DNA from: an uncultured Burkholderiales bacterium
Lineage (GTDB): Bacteria > Pseudomonadota > Gammaproteobacteria > Burkholderiales > Thiobacillaceae
Assembly (NCBI GenBank): GCA_937949525.1
Contig: CALEDT010000041.1
Coordinates: 42,709 to 106,708 of the forward strand
Length of the DNA stretch: 64,000 nucleotides
Direction: 5' to 3'
Positions within the stretch are counted from its first letter, which is position 1, and every line of letters begins with the position of its first letter. The notes below the pieces were generated by a model, which ran no database searches, was not told the origin of the DNA, and was given only the letters and a program-made list of their open reading frames with translations. Positions 53,152 to 63,680 of the stretch are shown piece by piece. The translations under genes and the position numbers were made by a program.

Positions 53152-54051
53152 TTACCGGGGAAATCCGTCCTTGCCCTCGGCAAACAGGGCATCCAGCTTG
53201 CGTTCGAACTCGTGATAGCCAAGGTGTTCGTACAGTTCCATGCGCGTCTGCATGGTGTCCAGCACACCCCGCTGCGTGCCGTCGCGTCGGATCGCGCCAT
53301 ACACGTTCAATGCCGCACGGCTCATGGCGCGGAACGCCGACAGCGGATACAGCACCAGGCCGACGCCGACCGCGCGCAGTTCCTCGACGGTGAACAGCGG
53401 CGTGGCGCCGAACTCGGTGATGTTGGCGAGGATGGGCACCTTCACCGCCTGGGCAAAGGCTTGGTACTGCGCCAGCTCGGTCATCGCCTCGGGAAAGATC
53501 ATGTCGGCGCCGGCCTCGACGCAGGCGCCGGCGCGGTCGATGGCGGCTTGCAGGCCCTCGGCCTGCAATGCGTCGGTGCGCGCCATGACGACGAATTCCG
53601 CATCGATCCTGGCATCCACCGCCGCCTTCACCCGGTCCACCATCTCCGCCTGGCTGACGATGGCCTTGCCGGGCCGGTGGCCGCAGCGTTTCTGCATGAC
53701 CTGGTCCTCGATGTGCACCGCCGCCACGCCGGCGCGGGTCAGCGCGCGGATGGCGCGGGCGATGTTGAAGGCGCCGCCCCAGCCGGTATCGATATCCACC
53801 AGCAGCGGCAGTTCGGTCACGTCGGTGATGCGGCGCGCGTCGATCAGCACGTCTTCCAGCGTGGTGATGCCCAGATCGGGGATGCCGCAAGAACTGGCGG
53901 CGACGCCGCCGCCGGACAGATACAGCGCCTTGAAACCGGAGTGCTCGGCCAGCCGCGCGGCATAGGCATTGATGGCGCCGACCACCTGCAAGGGGCGCTC
54001 GGCGGCGACGGCGGCGCGGAAACGGGCGCCGGCGGATGTGAGTTGGGTCAT
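53152..54051 (-). CDS. prpB: methylisocitrate lyase
   Basis: ...[16 protein letters not shown] active-site loop, PEP-mutase/ICL fold. Confidence 0.95.
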   Translation of the reverse strand: MTQLTSAGARFRAAVAAERPLQVVGAINAYAARLAEHSGFKALYLSGGGVAASSCGIPDLGITTLEDVLIDARRITDVTELPLLVDIDTGWGGAFNIARAIRALTRAGVAAVHIEDQVMQKRCGHRPGKAIVSQAEMVDRVKAAVDARIDAEFVVMARTDALQAEGLQAAIDRAGACVEAGADMIFPEAMTELAQYQAFAQAVKVPILANITEFGATPLFTVEELRAVGVGLVLYPLSAFRAMSRAALNVYGAIRRDGTQRGVLDTMQTRMELYEHLGYHEFERKLDALFAEGKDGFPR

Positions 54052-54070
54052 GGTCGTCGATCCTTCCGTA

Positions 54071-55963
54071 TCAGGTTTTCACCGCCTTCCGAATCTCCTC
54101 CAGCGCGTTGGGATCGTCCAGCGTCGACAGGTCGCCGGTCTCGCGGCCTTCCGCCAGCGCCTGGATGGAGCGGCGCAGCAGCTTGCCGGAGCGGGTCTTG
54201 GGCAGCGCGTTGACGAAGTACAGCTTATGCGGCTTGGCCACCGCGCCGAGCCGTTCGGCGACCTTGGCGATGCATTCCTGCTCCAGCAGCGCGCGCGCGG
54301 TGGGGTCGGCGATGCGCGCCGGGTCCTTGACCGTGCAGAAGCCGATCGGCACCTGGCCCTTCAACTCATCCTGCACACCGACCACCGCCACCTCGGCGAT
54401 GCAGGCATGCGCTTGCAGCGCCTCCTCGATCTCGCGCGTGCCGAGACGATGGCCGGCGGTGTTGATGACGTCGTCGGTACGGCCGAGGATGAAGAAATAG
54501 CCCTCGTCGTCGCGCAGCGCCCAGTCCGACGAGGAATACAGCAGTGTCTTCTGGAACTGGCCGAAATAGCTGTCGAGGAAGCGCGCATCATCGCCCCACA
54601 CCGTGGTCAGGCAGCCCGGCGGCAGCGGCGGTTTCACGGTCAGCACGCCCTTCTCGTTGGGGCCGCACTCGGCGCCGGTCTGTTCGTTGACCACGCGGAT
54701 GTCGAAGCCGTAGGCCGGCAAGCCAGGCGAGCCGAACTTCACCGGCTGCATCTCCACACCCGGCAGCAGTGTCAGCATCGCCCAGCCGGTTTCGGTCTGC
54801 CAGTAATGGTCAATCACCGGCACGCCCAGGCCGTCGGTGATCCAGCGCGAGGTCGGCTCGTCCAGCGGCTCGCCGGCGATGAACAGATAGCGCAGACTGG
54901 AAACGTCGTACTTCTTCAGCCAGGCCGGGTCTTGCTTCTTCAGCACGCGGATCGCGGTGGGCGACGAGAACATCGTGGAGACCTTGTGATCCTGCACGAT
55001 CTTCCACCAGATGCCCGCATCCGGCCGGATCGGCAGGCCCTCGTAAACGATGGTCGCCATGCCGTGGATCAACGGCCCGTAGACGATGTAGCTGTGCCCC
55101 ACCACCCAGCCGATGTCCGAAGTGGTGAACATGGTCTCGCCCGGCTGCGCGCCATAGATGTAGCGCATGGACGCCGCCAGCGCCACCGCGTAGCCGCCGA
55201 CGTCGCGCTGCACGCCCTTGGGCTTGCCGGTGGTGCCGCTGGTATAGAGGATGTAGCTGGGCTCGTTGGCCTCCAGCCAGGTCATCGGCACCTCGACGTC
55301 GCGGTGTTCGTCGCGCAGATCCCAGTAATCCTCGTCGCGGCCGTCCACCCACTGCATGTCGGCGTCGAGGCCGCGGTCGACGATCAGCACCTTGGGCGGC
55401 GCGTGCTTCGCCTCGCGCATCGCCTCGTCCACCAGATGCTTGTACGGCACCGGCTTGCCGCCGCGCATACCGGCGTCGGCGCAGATCAGCAAACAGGGTT
55501 TGGCGTCGTCGATGCGCAGCGCCAGGTTGTGCGCCGCGAAACCGCCGAACACCACCGAATGCACCGCCCCCAGGCGCGCGCAGGCCAGCATGCAGAACAC
55601 CGCTTCGGCGATCATCGGCATGTAGATCACCACCCGCTCGCCCTTGCTCACGCCCAGCGCGCGCAGCACAGCGGCGCAGCGGTTCACCTCGCGGTGCAAC
55701 TCGGCATAGCTGTAGGTGCGTTGCTCGCCGGTCTCGGTGGACAGCCAGATCAGCGCCGGTTGCGCGGCACGCGCCGGCAGATGGCGGTCCACGGCGTTGT
55801 GGCACAGGTTGGTGCGACCGCCGACGAACCAGCGGCGGAACGGCGGATGGTCATAGTCGAGCACGCGCGTGGGCGCTTCGTGCCACTCGATCAGGCCGGC
55901 CTGCTCGCCCCAGAAACCTTCCGGATCGTCGATGGAACGACGGTAAAACGCCTGGCTGTCCAT
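54071..55963 (-). CDS. prpE: propionate--CoA ligase
   Basis: [27 protein letters not shown]...[23 protein letters not shown] closely parallels enterobacterial PrpE. AMP-binding motif [11 protein letters not shown]. Confidence 0.9.
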   Translation of the reverse strand: MDSQAFYRRSIDDPEGFWGEQAGLIEWHEAPTRVLDYDHPPFRRWFVGGRTNLCHNAVDRHLPARAAQPALIWLSTETGEQRTYSYAELHREVNRCAAVLRALGVSKGERVVIYMPMIAEAVFCMLACARLGAVHSVVFGGFAAHNLALRIDDAKPCLLICADAGMRGGKPVPYKHLVDEAMREAKHAPPKVLIVDRGLDADMQWVDGRDEDYWDLRDEHRDVEVPMTWLEANEPSYILYTSGTTGKPKGVQRDVGGYAVALAASMRYIYGAQPGETMFTTSDIGWVVGHSYIVYGPLIHGMATIVYEGLPIRPDAGIWWKIVQDHKVSTMFSSPTAIRVLKKQDPAWLKKYDVSSLRYLFIAGEPLDEPTSRWITDGLGVPVIDHYWQTETGWAMLTLLPGVEMQPVKFGSPGLPAYGFDIRVVNEQTGAECGPNEKGVLTVKPPLPPGCLTTVWGDDARFLDSYFGQFQKTLLYSSSDWALRDDEGYFFILGRTDDVINTAGHRLGTREIEEALQAHACIAEVAVVGVQDELKGQVPIGFCTVKDPARIADPTARALLEQECIAKVAERLGAVAKPHKLYFVNALPKTRSGKLLRRSIQALAEGRETGDLSTLDDPNALEEIRKAVKT

Positions 55964-56061
55964 GGTGTCTCCTCCTATGGCGGGCGTAGCGCATGGCATT
56001 GTGCACCGCAAAAGCTGACGCGAGCCTGACGGCGCTCACCTTACCGGCCTCGCCGGACAAC

Positions 56062-56078
56062 CGCACCATTCCGGTGCA
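56062..56078. promoter_or_regulatory. NtrC-type dyad cGCACCattccGGTGCA (candidate enhancer for the prkA sigma54 promoter)
   Basis: 11 of 12 match to TGCACC-N5-GGTGCA. Centred about 100 bp upstream of the -24 element. Two more GTGCACC copies at 56001 and 56084. Confidence 0.45.
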
Positions 56079-56170
56079 CCGATGTGCACCACGACCTGCC
56101 AAGGGTCATGAAATTTTCCTCAACCGGCACCAATTCCTGTCGATACGGTCTCAACAGACGTTTTTGGCAG

Positions 56171-56186
56171 TGGCACGCACATTGCT
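56171..56186 (+). promoter_or_regulatory. sigma54 -24/-12 promoter TGGCACgcacaTTGCT
   Basis: Exact consensus and spacing, 60 nt upstream of the prkA ATG. Confidence 0.6.
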
Positions 56187-56245
56187 CTAGTCTGGCAGAG
56201 GAACGTGTGAACACCGGGCCGGGATCATGGATCAGGAGTCGCGAA

Positions 56246-58165
56246 ATGAGCTTGTTCAATCAGTACATCGAACGTTACCGCCGCGTGGAAGAGGAATACA
56301 CGCTGGAGGAATACCTGAAGATCTGCAAACAGGACCGTATCGCCTACGCCAGCGCGGCCGAACGCATGCTCGCGGCGATCGGCGAGCCGGAACGGGTGGA
56401 TACCCGCCAGGATCCGCGCCTGTCGCGCATCTTTTCCAACAAGATCATCAAGATCTACCCGGCGTTCAAGGACTTCTACGGCATGGAGGAGACCATCGAG
56501 CAGATCGTCTCCTATTTCCGCCACGCCGCGCAGGGGCTGGAGGAACGCAAGCAGATCCTCTACCTGCTGGGGCCGGTCGGTGGCGGCAAGTCGTCGCTTG
56601 CCGAGAAGCTCAAGCACCTGATGGAAAAGGCGCCGTTCTACGCGATCAAGGGCTCGCCGGTGAACGATTCGCCGCTGGCGCTGTTCTCCGCCGAGGAGGA
56701 CGGCGACATCCTGGAACAGGAATACGGCATCCCGCGCCGCTATCTCGGCCGCGTGCTGTCGCCCTGGGCAGTCAAGCGCCTGCACGAGTTCAACGGCGAC
56801 ATCACCAAGTTCCGCGTGGTCAAGCGCTGGCCGTCGGTGCTGGGCCAGGTCGGCATCGCCAAGACCGAGCCGGGTGACGAGAACAACCAGGACATCTCCT
56901 CGCTGGTGGGCAAGGTGGATATCCGCAAGCTGGAGAAGTTCTCGCAGGACGATCCGGACGCCTACAGCTACTCCGGTGGCCTGTGCCTGGCCAACCAGGG
57001 GCTGCTGGAATTCGTCGAGATGTTCAAGGCGCCGATCAAGGTGCTGCATCCGCTGCTGACCGCCACCCAGGAGGGCAACTACAAGGGCACCGAGGGCTTC
57101 GGCGCGATTCCGTTCGACGGCGTGGTGCTGGCGCACAGCAACGAGTCGGAATGGCAGGCGTTCCGCAACAACAAGAACAACGAGGCCTTCCTGGACCGCA
57201 TCTACATCGTCAAGGTGCCGTACTGCCTGCGCGTGTCCGACGAGGTGAAGATCTACCGGAAGCTGCTGCGCCACAGCTCGCTGTCGGATGCGCCGTGCGC
57301 GCCCGGCACGCTGGAGATGCTGGCGCAGTTTTCGGTGCTCACGCGCCTGAAGGAACCGGAGAATTCCAGCATCTTCTCGAAGATGCGCATCTACGACGGC
57401 GAAAACCTGAAGGACACCGACCCCAAGGCCAAGTCGTATCAGGAGTATCGGGATTTCGCCGGGGTCGACGAGGGCATGACGGGCATTTCCACGCGCTTCG
57501 CGTTCAAGATCCTGTCACGCGTGTTCAACTTCGATCACAGCGAGATCGCCGCCAACCCGGTACACCTGCTGTACGTGCTGGAGCAGCAGATCGAACAGGA
57601 ACAGTTCCCGCCCGAGGTGGCGCAACGCTACGTCGCCTACCTCAAGGAGTACCTGGCGCCGCGCTACGCCGAGTTCATCGAGAAGGAGTTGCAGACCGCC
57701 TATCTGGAGTCGTATTCCGAGTACGGCCAGAACATCTTCGACCGCTACGTCACCTACGCCGACATGTGGATCCAGGACCAGGAATACCGCGACCCGGATA
57801 CCGGCGAAATCCTCGACCGCGGCCAGCTCAACGCCGAACTGGAGAAGATCGAGAAGCCGGCCGGCATCGCCAATCCCAAGGACTTCCGCCACGAGGTGGT
57901 CAATTTCGTGCTGCGCGCGCGCGCGCAGAACCACGGCAAGAACCCGGCGTGGACCAGCTACGAGAAGCTGCGCGCGGTGATCGAGAAGCGCATGTTCTCC
58001 AGCACCGAGGATCTGCTGCCGGTGATCTCGTTCAACGCCAAGGCCTCCAGCGAGGAGCAGAAGAAGCACCACGACTTCGTGCAGCGCATGGTGGCCAAGG
58101 GCTATACCGACAAGCAGGTGCGCCTGCTGGCGGAATGGTATCTGCGCGCACGCAAGGCATCGTGA
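56246..58165 (+). CDS. yeaG: PrkA/YeaG family serine protein kinase
   Basis: [11 protein letters not shown]...[18 protein letters not shown] (Walker A), full-length similarity by eye to E. coli YeaG. Confidence 0.95.
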   Translation: MSLFNQYIERYRRVEEEYTLEEYLKICKQDRIAYASAAERMLAAIGEPERVDTRQDPRLSRIFSNKIIKIYPAFKDFYGMEETIEQIVSYFRHAAQGLEERKQILYLLGPVGGGKSSLAEKLKHLMEKAPFYAIKGSPVNDSPLALFSAEEDGDILEQEYGIPRRYLGRVLSPWAVKRLHEFNGDITKFRVVKRWPSVLGQVGIAKTEPGDENNQDISSLVGKVDIRKLEKFSQDDPDAYSYSGGLCLANQGLLEFVEMFKAPIKVLHPLLTATQEGNYKGTEGFGAIPFDGVVLAHSNESEWQAFRNNKNNEAFLDRIYIVKVPYCLRVSDEVKIYRKLLRHSSLSDAPCAPGTLEMLAQFSVLTRLKEPENSSIFSKMRIYDGENLKDTDPKAKSYQEYRDFAGVDEGMTGISTRFAFKILSRVFNFDHSEIAANPVHLLYVLEQQIEQEQFPPEVAQRYVAYLKEYLAPRYAEFIEKELQTAYLESYSEYGQNIFDRYVTYADMWIQDQEYRDPDTGEILDRGQLNAELEKIEKPAGIANPKDFRHEVVNFVLRARAQNHGKNPAWTSYEKLRAVIEKRMFSSTEDLLPVISFNAKASSEEQKKHHDFVQRMVAKGYTDKQVRLLAEWYLRARKAS

Positions 58166-58178
58166 ACGGACCCCGCGC

Positions 58179-59444
58179 ATGAGCCAGTTGATCGACCGTC
58201 GCCTGTCCGGCAAGAACCGCAGCGCGGTCAACCGCCAGCGCTTCCTGCGCCGCTACAAGGGACAGATCCGCAAGGCAGTGGCCGAGGCGGTGTCCGGTCG
58301 CAAGGTGTCCGACCTGGAACGCGGCGAGAAGATCTCCATCCCGTCCAAGGATCTGGAAGAGCCTGTATTCCATCACGGACCCGGTGGCCGGCGGCAGATC
58401 GTGCATCCCGGCAACAAGGAGTTCGTCGGCGGTGACCGCGTCGACCGCCCCGAAGGCGGCGGCGGTGGCCGGGGCGGCGGCGCGTCGCAGGATGGCGAGG
58501 GCATGGACGACTTCGTGTTCGAGCTGTCCAAAGAAGAGTTCATGGATTTCTTCTTCCAGGATCTGGCGCTGCCCGACCTGGTGAAGAAACAGCTCGCCGC
58601 CGTGCCGGAGGTGAAGAAGACGCGCGCCGGCTTCGTCAGCCAGGGCAATCCGGCCAACCTGCACGTGGTGCGTTCCATGAAGCAGGCCATCGGCCGCCGT
58701 CTGGCGATGGCCGCCGGCCCCAGGGAAGCGCTGCGCGAAGCGGAGGAAGCACTGGAAACACTGATCGCCGAGGGGCATGGCGAGAGCGCCGAGGCGGAAG
58801 CGCTGCGTGAGGAAATCGCCACGCTCAAGGCGCGCATCGCCGCCGTGCCGTTCATCGACACCTGGGATCTGCGTTACGCCAACCGCGTCGACCAGCCCAC
58901 GCCCAGCAGCCAGGCGGTGATGTTCTGCCTGATGGATGTGTCCGGCTCCATGAACGAGGAACGCAAGGACATCGCCAAACGCTTCTTCATGCTGCTGTAC
59001 CTGTTCCTGACGCGCAGCTACGAGCGCATCGAGGTGGTGTTCATCCGCCATCACACGGTGGCCATGGAGGTCGACGAGGAGGACTTCTTCACCTCGCGCG
59101 AGACCGGCGGCACCGTGGTGTCCAGCGCACTGGAACTGATGAACGAGATCGCGCGCGAGCGTTATCCCAGCCAGGCCTGGAACCTGTACGTGGCACAGGC
59201 TTCCGACGGCGACAACTGGGAGGACGATTCGCCGCGCTGCGCCGACCTGCTGCTGCACGACATCCTGCCGCTGGTGCAGTACTACGCCTATGTCGAGATC
59301 AAGGCCGAGGAACCGCAGAGCCTGTGGCACCAGTACGAGGCGGTGGCGGCGCGCAACAAGCGTTTCGCGATGCGCCGCATCCTGGACGTGGCCGACATCT
59401 ACCCGGTGTTCCGCGAACTGTTCGCCAAGAAGAGCACGGCATGA
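58179..59444 (+). CDS. yeaH: YeaH/YhbH family protein (DUF444, vWA-like)
   Basis: [27 protein letters not shown]..., CLMDVSGSM vWA-like MIDAS region. Confidence 0.92.
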   Translation: MSQLIDRRLSGKNRSAVNRQRFLRRYKGQIRKAVAEAVSGRKVSDLERGEKISIPSKDLEEPVFHHGPGGRRQIVHPGNKEFVGGDRVDRPEGGGGGRGGGASQDGEGMDDFVFELSKEEFMDFFFQDLALPDLVKKQLAAVPEVKKTRAGFVSQGNPANLHVVRSMKQAIGRRLAMAAGPREALREAEEALETLIAEGHGESAEAEALREEIATLKARIAAVPFIDTWDLRYANRVDQPTPSSQAVMFCLMDVSGSMNEERKDIAKRFFMLLYLFLTRSYERIEVVFIRHHTVAMEVDEEDFFTSRETGGTVVSSALELMNEIARERYPSQAWNLYVAQASDGDNWEDDSPRCADLLLHDILPLVQYYAYVEIKAEEPQSLWHQYEAVAARNKRFAMRRILDVADIYPVFRELFAKKSTA

Positions 59445-60973
59445 ACGAACCGACACCCAAGCCCGCCCCGCTGCCGGCGACGGCACGCCAGCCCCTGTCC
59501 ACCGGTTCGGAGTGGACCTTCGAACTGCTGGAACGCTACGACCGCGAAATCGCGCGGGTCGCCGCCCACTATGGCTTGGACACCTATCCCAACCAGATCG
59601 AGGTGATCTCGTCCGAGCAGATGATCGACGCCTATTCCTCGGTGGGCATGCCAGTGGGCTATCACCACTGGTCGTTCGGCAAGCAGTTCATGACCACGCA
59701 GAAGAGCTACAAGCGCGGGCAGATGGGTCTGGCCTACGAGATCGTGATCAACTCCAACCCGTGCATCGCCTACTTGATGGAAGAGAACACCATGACCATG
59801 CAGGCGCTGGTGATCGCGCATGCCTCGTATGGCCACAACTCGTTCTTCAAGGGCAACTATCTGTTCCGCACCTGGACCGATGCCGAGGGCATCCTCGACT
59901 ACCTGGTGTTCGCGCGCAATTACGTCGCCGAGTGCGAGGAGCGCCACGGCGAACAGGCAGTGGAGGAAATCCTCGATTCCTGCCACGCGCTGATGAATCA
60001 TGGCGTCGACCGCTACAAGCGTCCGGCCCGGCTGTCCATGGCCAAGGAGCAGGCGCGCCAGATGGAACGCGAGGCCTACCTGCAATCGCAGGTCAACGAC
60101 CTGTGGCGCACGTTGCCCGCGCGCCAGACGGCGGAACGGGAACGGCAGACCACGCGCTTTCCGGCGGAACCGCAGGAGAACCTGCTCTACTTCATCGAGA
60201 AACACGCGCCGCGCCTGGAACCCTGGCAGCGCGAGATCGTGCGCATCGTGCGCAAGATCGCGCAGTACTTCTACCCGCAGCGGCAGACGCAGGTGATGAA
60301 CGAGGGCTGGGCCACGTTCTGGCACTACACCCTGCTCAACCATCTGTACGAGGAAGGCCGGCTGACCGACGGCTTCATGCTGGAATTCCTGCAAAGCCAT
60401 ACCAACGTGGTGTACCAGCCGCCGTTCCACAGCCGCGCCTACGGCGGCATCAACCCGTATGCGCTGGGCTTCGCGATGTTCCAGGATCTGCGCCGCATCT
60501 GCGAACGGCCGACCGACGAGGACCGGCGCTGGTTCCCGCAGCTCGCTGGCGGCGACTGGGTGAAGACGCTGGACTTCGCCATGCGCAATTTCAAGGACGA
60601 GAGTTTCATCGCACAGTACCTGTCGCCCCGACTGATCCGCGAGCTCAAGCTGTTCGCGGTGATCGACGACGACCACGACGACAAGCTGGAGATCGCCGCC
60701 ATCCATGACGACGCCGGCTACCGCACGGTGCGCCAGATGCTGGCGGAACAGTACAACCTGGGCCAGCGCGAACCCAACATCCAGGTGTACGACGTCGACG
60801 TGTATGGCGACCGCACGCTGACGCTGCGTCACTTCATGCACAACCGCCGTCCGCTGGGCGACAGCACCGAGGAGATGCTGCGCCACATCGCCCGCCTGTG
60901 GGGCTACGACGTGCGCCTGGAAAGCGTCGATGCCAACGGCACGATGCAGGCGGCCTACGAGGTGCAGGTGTAG
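59441..60973 (+). CDS. ycgB: SpoVR/YcgB family protein
   Basis: ...[33 protein letters not shown]...[13 protein letters not shown] overlaps the yeaH stop (ATGA). Confidence 0.93.
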   Translation: MNEPTPKPAPLPATARQPLSTGSEWTFELLERYDREIARVAAHYGLDTYPNQIEVISSEQMIDAYSSVGMPVGYHHWSFGKQFMTTQKSYKRGQMGLAYEIVINSNPCIAYLMEENTMTMQALVIAHASYGHNSFFKGNYLFRTWTDAEGILDYLVFARNYVAECEERHGEQAVEEILDSCHALMNHGVDRYKRPARLSMAKEQARQMEREAYLQSQVNDLWRTLPARQTAERERQTTRFPAEPQENLLYFIEKHAPRLEPWQREIVRIVRKIAQYFYPQRQTQVMNEGWATFWHYTLLNHLYEEGRLTDGFMLEFLQSHTNVVYQPPFHSRAYGGINPYALGFAMFQDLRRICERPTDEDRRWFPQLAGGDWVKTLDFAMRNFKDESFIAQYLSPRLIRELKLFAVIDDDHDDKLEIAAIHDDAGYRTVRQMLAEQYNLGQREPNIQVYDVDVYGDRTLTLRHFMHNRRPLGDSTEEMLRHIARLWGYDVRLESVDANGTMQAAYEVQV

Positions 60974-61166
60974 CGGCGCGCCGCGCGCGCATCGGCTCTC
61001 GCTGCCGCCGTGCCGGTCGTCCGGCACGTGCCCGGTGACCGGGTACGTTCCCCGATCAGGGGAAAAATCGCACGGATGAATCCACGTCCCGGCTCGTATC
61101 CCCGGAAGCGGCGCACACGCGGGAGTTGCCGGGTTGGCGCGGGCAAACTCCGACCGACCGACGCGA

Positions 61167-62240
61167 TCAGAGACCCACGCGCAGCAGCAACGCCCCCATC
61201 GCCACCAGCAACAGCCCGCCGCCGATGGCCAGCACCAGAGTCAGCGACTTCACCCGGGCTTGCAGCCGCGCCAGTCGTTCCGGCGTGACCGCCTCGCCGG
61301 CGCGGGCCGCCGAGATCTCGCCCAGTCGTCGTTCCGTCGCCGCCAGGTGCGCTTCCATCTGCGCCGCGTGTTCGCGCAGGCGGGTCTCCACCGCCGCCTG
61401 CAACTCCTGCCACCGCTGTGCCTGCTGCCGTTCGAGGTCGACGCGCAGACCGGCATGCAGTTGGTCGATGCCGGTGGTGAGGAACTGCTGCAGGTAGCCG
61501 TGCAGCCCGTCCGCTTCCGGTACGGCCGGCGACGCGGTCTCCAGCGCGGTCAGGCGCCGTTCCATGTCCTGGCCGAGCGCGGCCAGTCTCTGCGCCCCGG
61601 CGCCGGTCTCCGCCACTGCGTGGCGCAGCGCCGCCGTCTCCGCGGCGGCCGCATCCAGACGCTGGCTCTCCACCCGGACCCATTGCTCGATGGTCTGCTG
61701 CTGCGCGGCGAGGCGCGAGCCGATGCGCTCGTCCAGCTCGGCCAGCAGTTGCTCGCGCAGCGGCTCCAGGCGGCTCCCCAGCAGCCGTTCCACCACCGCC
61801 TGCACGGCCGCCGGGTCCATTGGCACGGCGGCCGGCGCGGCGGGCGGCGCCGCGGGCGCGGCCGTGGTGACGGCGCTTGGCAGGCGTGCCAGCAGGGCCT
61901 CCAGCACCCCGGGTGGCGGCGGCTTGGCGATGGCATCCACGGCACCGGCGGCGCGCGCCTGCTCGACGAACTCGGGTTCGTCGTTGCCGCTGACGATGAT
62001 CACCGGGATGTCTTGGATACCGGGTGTGGCCTGGATGCGCCGCGTCACCTCGAAGCCATCCATGTCCGGCATCATGTGATCCATGAAGATCAGGTCCGGC
62101 CGTCGATGGGCGAGATAATCCAGGGCCTGCTGGCCGGACTCGGTCATGTCCACCCGCATGCCGGCGGCCTCCAGCCGCTTCTGCATGGTCAGGCGGCCGA
62201 CCTTGGAATCGTCGACCACCAGCGCGTGTAGTTTCGCCAC
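61167..62240 (-). CDS. CheY-like receiver / long coiled coil / C-terminal transmembrane anchor protein
   Basis: LVVDDS..., FMDHMMPDMDG, IVSG, AKP receiver residues. About 230 aa of Ala/Gln/Glu/Arg heptad-like sequence. Last 25 aa LTLVLAIGGGLLLVAMGALLLRVGL. GTG 62240 with GGAGGA 9 nt upstream. Confidence 0.8.
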   Translation of the reverse strand: MAKLHALVVDDSKVGRLTMQKRLEAAGMRVDMTESGQQALDYLAHRRPDLIFMDHMMPDMDGFEVTRRIQATPGIQDIPVIIVSGNDEPEFVEQARAAGAVDAIAKPPPPGVLEALLARLPSAVTTAAPAAPPAAPAAVPMDPAAVQAVVERLLGSRLEPLREQLLAELDERIGSRLAAQQQTIEQWVRVESQRLDAAAAETAALRHAVAETGAGAQRLAALGQDMERRLTALETASPAVPEADGLHGYLQQFLTTGIDQLHAGLRVDLERQQAQRWQELQAAVETRLREHAAQMEAHLAATERRLGEISAARAGEAVTPERLARLQARVKSLTLVLAIGGGLLLVAMGALLLRVGL

Positions 62241-62319
62241 GTTGCAAGTCCTCCGGATGGCAAGACCATTCGATTGAAGATGCCCGCCGGCGCAGCCCGC
62301 ACGGGCCTGGACCAGCCCA

Positions 62320-62541
62320 TCACCGCGACGGATCGGGCAGCGATGGCTCGTCCGCGGCGAACTCGCGCGCCCAGTCCCCCCAGGTGTACCAGTCATCCCC
62401 CAGCATTTCCGCCGGGTGCTCGGTGCGCCCGGAGCCGTTGCCGCACATCAGCGCGTCGGCCGGACAATAACGGTCACAGCCCCAGCAGATGCGCTCGGGA
62501 TGTTTGGGGTGCAGCGGAAATTTCTTGCGGACCATGCCCAT
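62320..62541 (-). CDS. small Cys-rich protein (DUF3079-like)
   Basis: MVRKKFPLHPKHPERICWGCDRYCPADALMCGNG... Start 62541 or 62535. Confidence 0.65.
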   Translation of the reverse strand: MGMVRKKFPLHPKHPERICWGCDRYCPADALMCGNGSGRTEHPAEMLGDDWYTWGDWAREFAADEPSLPDPSR

Positions 62542-62642
62542 AGCGTAGCAGAGGGCGGCGCATTGCCCTAAGCCGGCGTGGCCGGCATCATCACGGCGCA
62601 ACACCCATCCCCACCCGATCCCGACGACGGCAAGGAGCCCAC

Positions 62643-63215
62643 ATGACCACGCGTTGCGCCTGGGTCGGCCAGGATCCGGTGTACGTCGCCTACCACGACC
62701 ACGAATGGGGCGTACCGCTGCACGACGAACGCGCCCTGTTCGAGTTCCTCATCCTGGAAGGCGCGCAAGCCGGCCTGTCCTGGCTGACCATCCTGAAGAA
62801 ACGCGAAAACTACCGGCGCGCGTTCGCCGGTTTCGATGCCGAGCGCGTCGCGCGCTTCGGCGAGGCCGACGTCGCCCGGCTGCTAACCGACCCGGGCATC
62901 GTGCGCAACCGCCTGAAGATCGCCGCGGCGATCGGCAACGCCCGCGCCACGCTGGCGCTGCGCGACGCGTTCGGCGGTCTGGACGCCTACTTCTGGCGTT
63001 TCGTCGACGGTCGCCCCATCGTCAACGTCTGGCGCCGCCTGACGGAAGTGCCGGCGCGCACGCCGCTGTCCGACGTCATCAGCAAGGATTTGAAACGACG
63101 CGGTTTCAAATTCGTCGGCTCCACCATCGTCTACGCGCACATGCAGGCCACCGGCATGGTCAACGACCATACCGTGGACTGTTTCCGCCACCGCCAACTG
63201 GCCGGCGGCACCTGA
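62643..63215 (+). CDS. tag: DNA-3-methyladenine glycosylase I
   Basis: RCAWVGQDPVYVAYHDHEWGVP..DERALFEFLILEGAQAGLSW. Confidence 0.94.
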   Translation: MTTRCAWVGQDPVYVAYHDHEWGVPLHDERALFEFLILEGAQAGLSWLTILKKRENYRRAFAGFDAERVARFGEADVARLLTDPGIVRNRLKIAAAIGNARATLALRDAFGGLDAYFWRFVDGRPIVNVWRRLTEVPARTPLSDVISKDLKRRGFKFVGSTIVYAHMQATGMVNDHTVDCFRHRQLAGGT

Positions 63216-63680
63216 GCCACCACCTGCTGCCCGCATGAGTTCGCGCTACGCTCGCGATCACGGCCACCACCCTCGCCGGCATTGCGCGGCGGCGCGGCGA
63301 TCCAGCGGGCAATGGCCAGCCGTTACACTCTCGCCATGCAATCCGAGCGTCCATCCTTCCCGGACCACTTCACGCCCGTCGCCGCCGCCGACGCGGCATT
63401 TCGCCCGCGTGATCCGGACACGCTGTTCGACTGGCTGGCGGCGCCGGCGCCAGCGCCAGCGCGGGAACTGACGGCGCGGTGGGGCGGACCCGGCAGCGCC
63501 GCGCCGCGTCTTGTGGCCGCTGGCGCTGCGCATCGGCAGTGGCCGGAGGCTTTCTATCGACGCATGCATCGCCAGGCTGCACCATGCCTGACTGAAACGA
63601 GCGGTGGGCATCGGTCAGTCCGGGGCTGCCGCGCGGGTAACGTTTCTGCACCGATGCCCGCTGGCAGGCCAGCGCCGGTT

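Noticed and set aside
63336-63500. Resemblance of ...DTLFDWLAAP....ELTARWGG to the N-terminus of GXWXG/DUF4334-type proteins.
   Set aside because: The resemblance rests on a short, loosely remembered motif. The rest of the expected domain is absent in all frames. It cannot be supported without a profile search.
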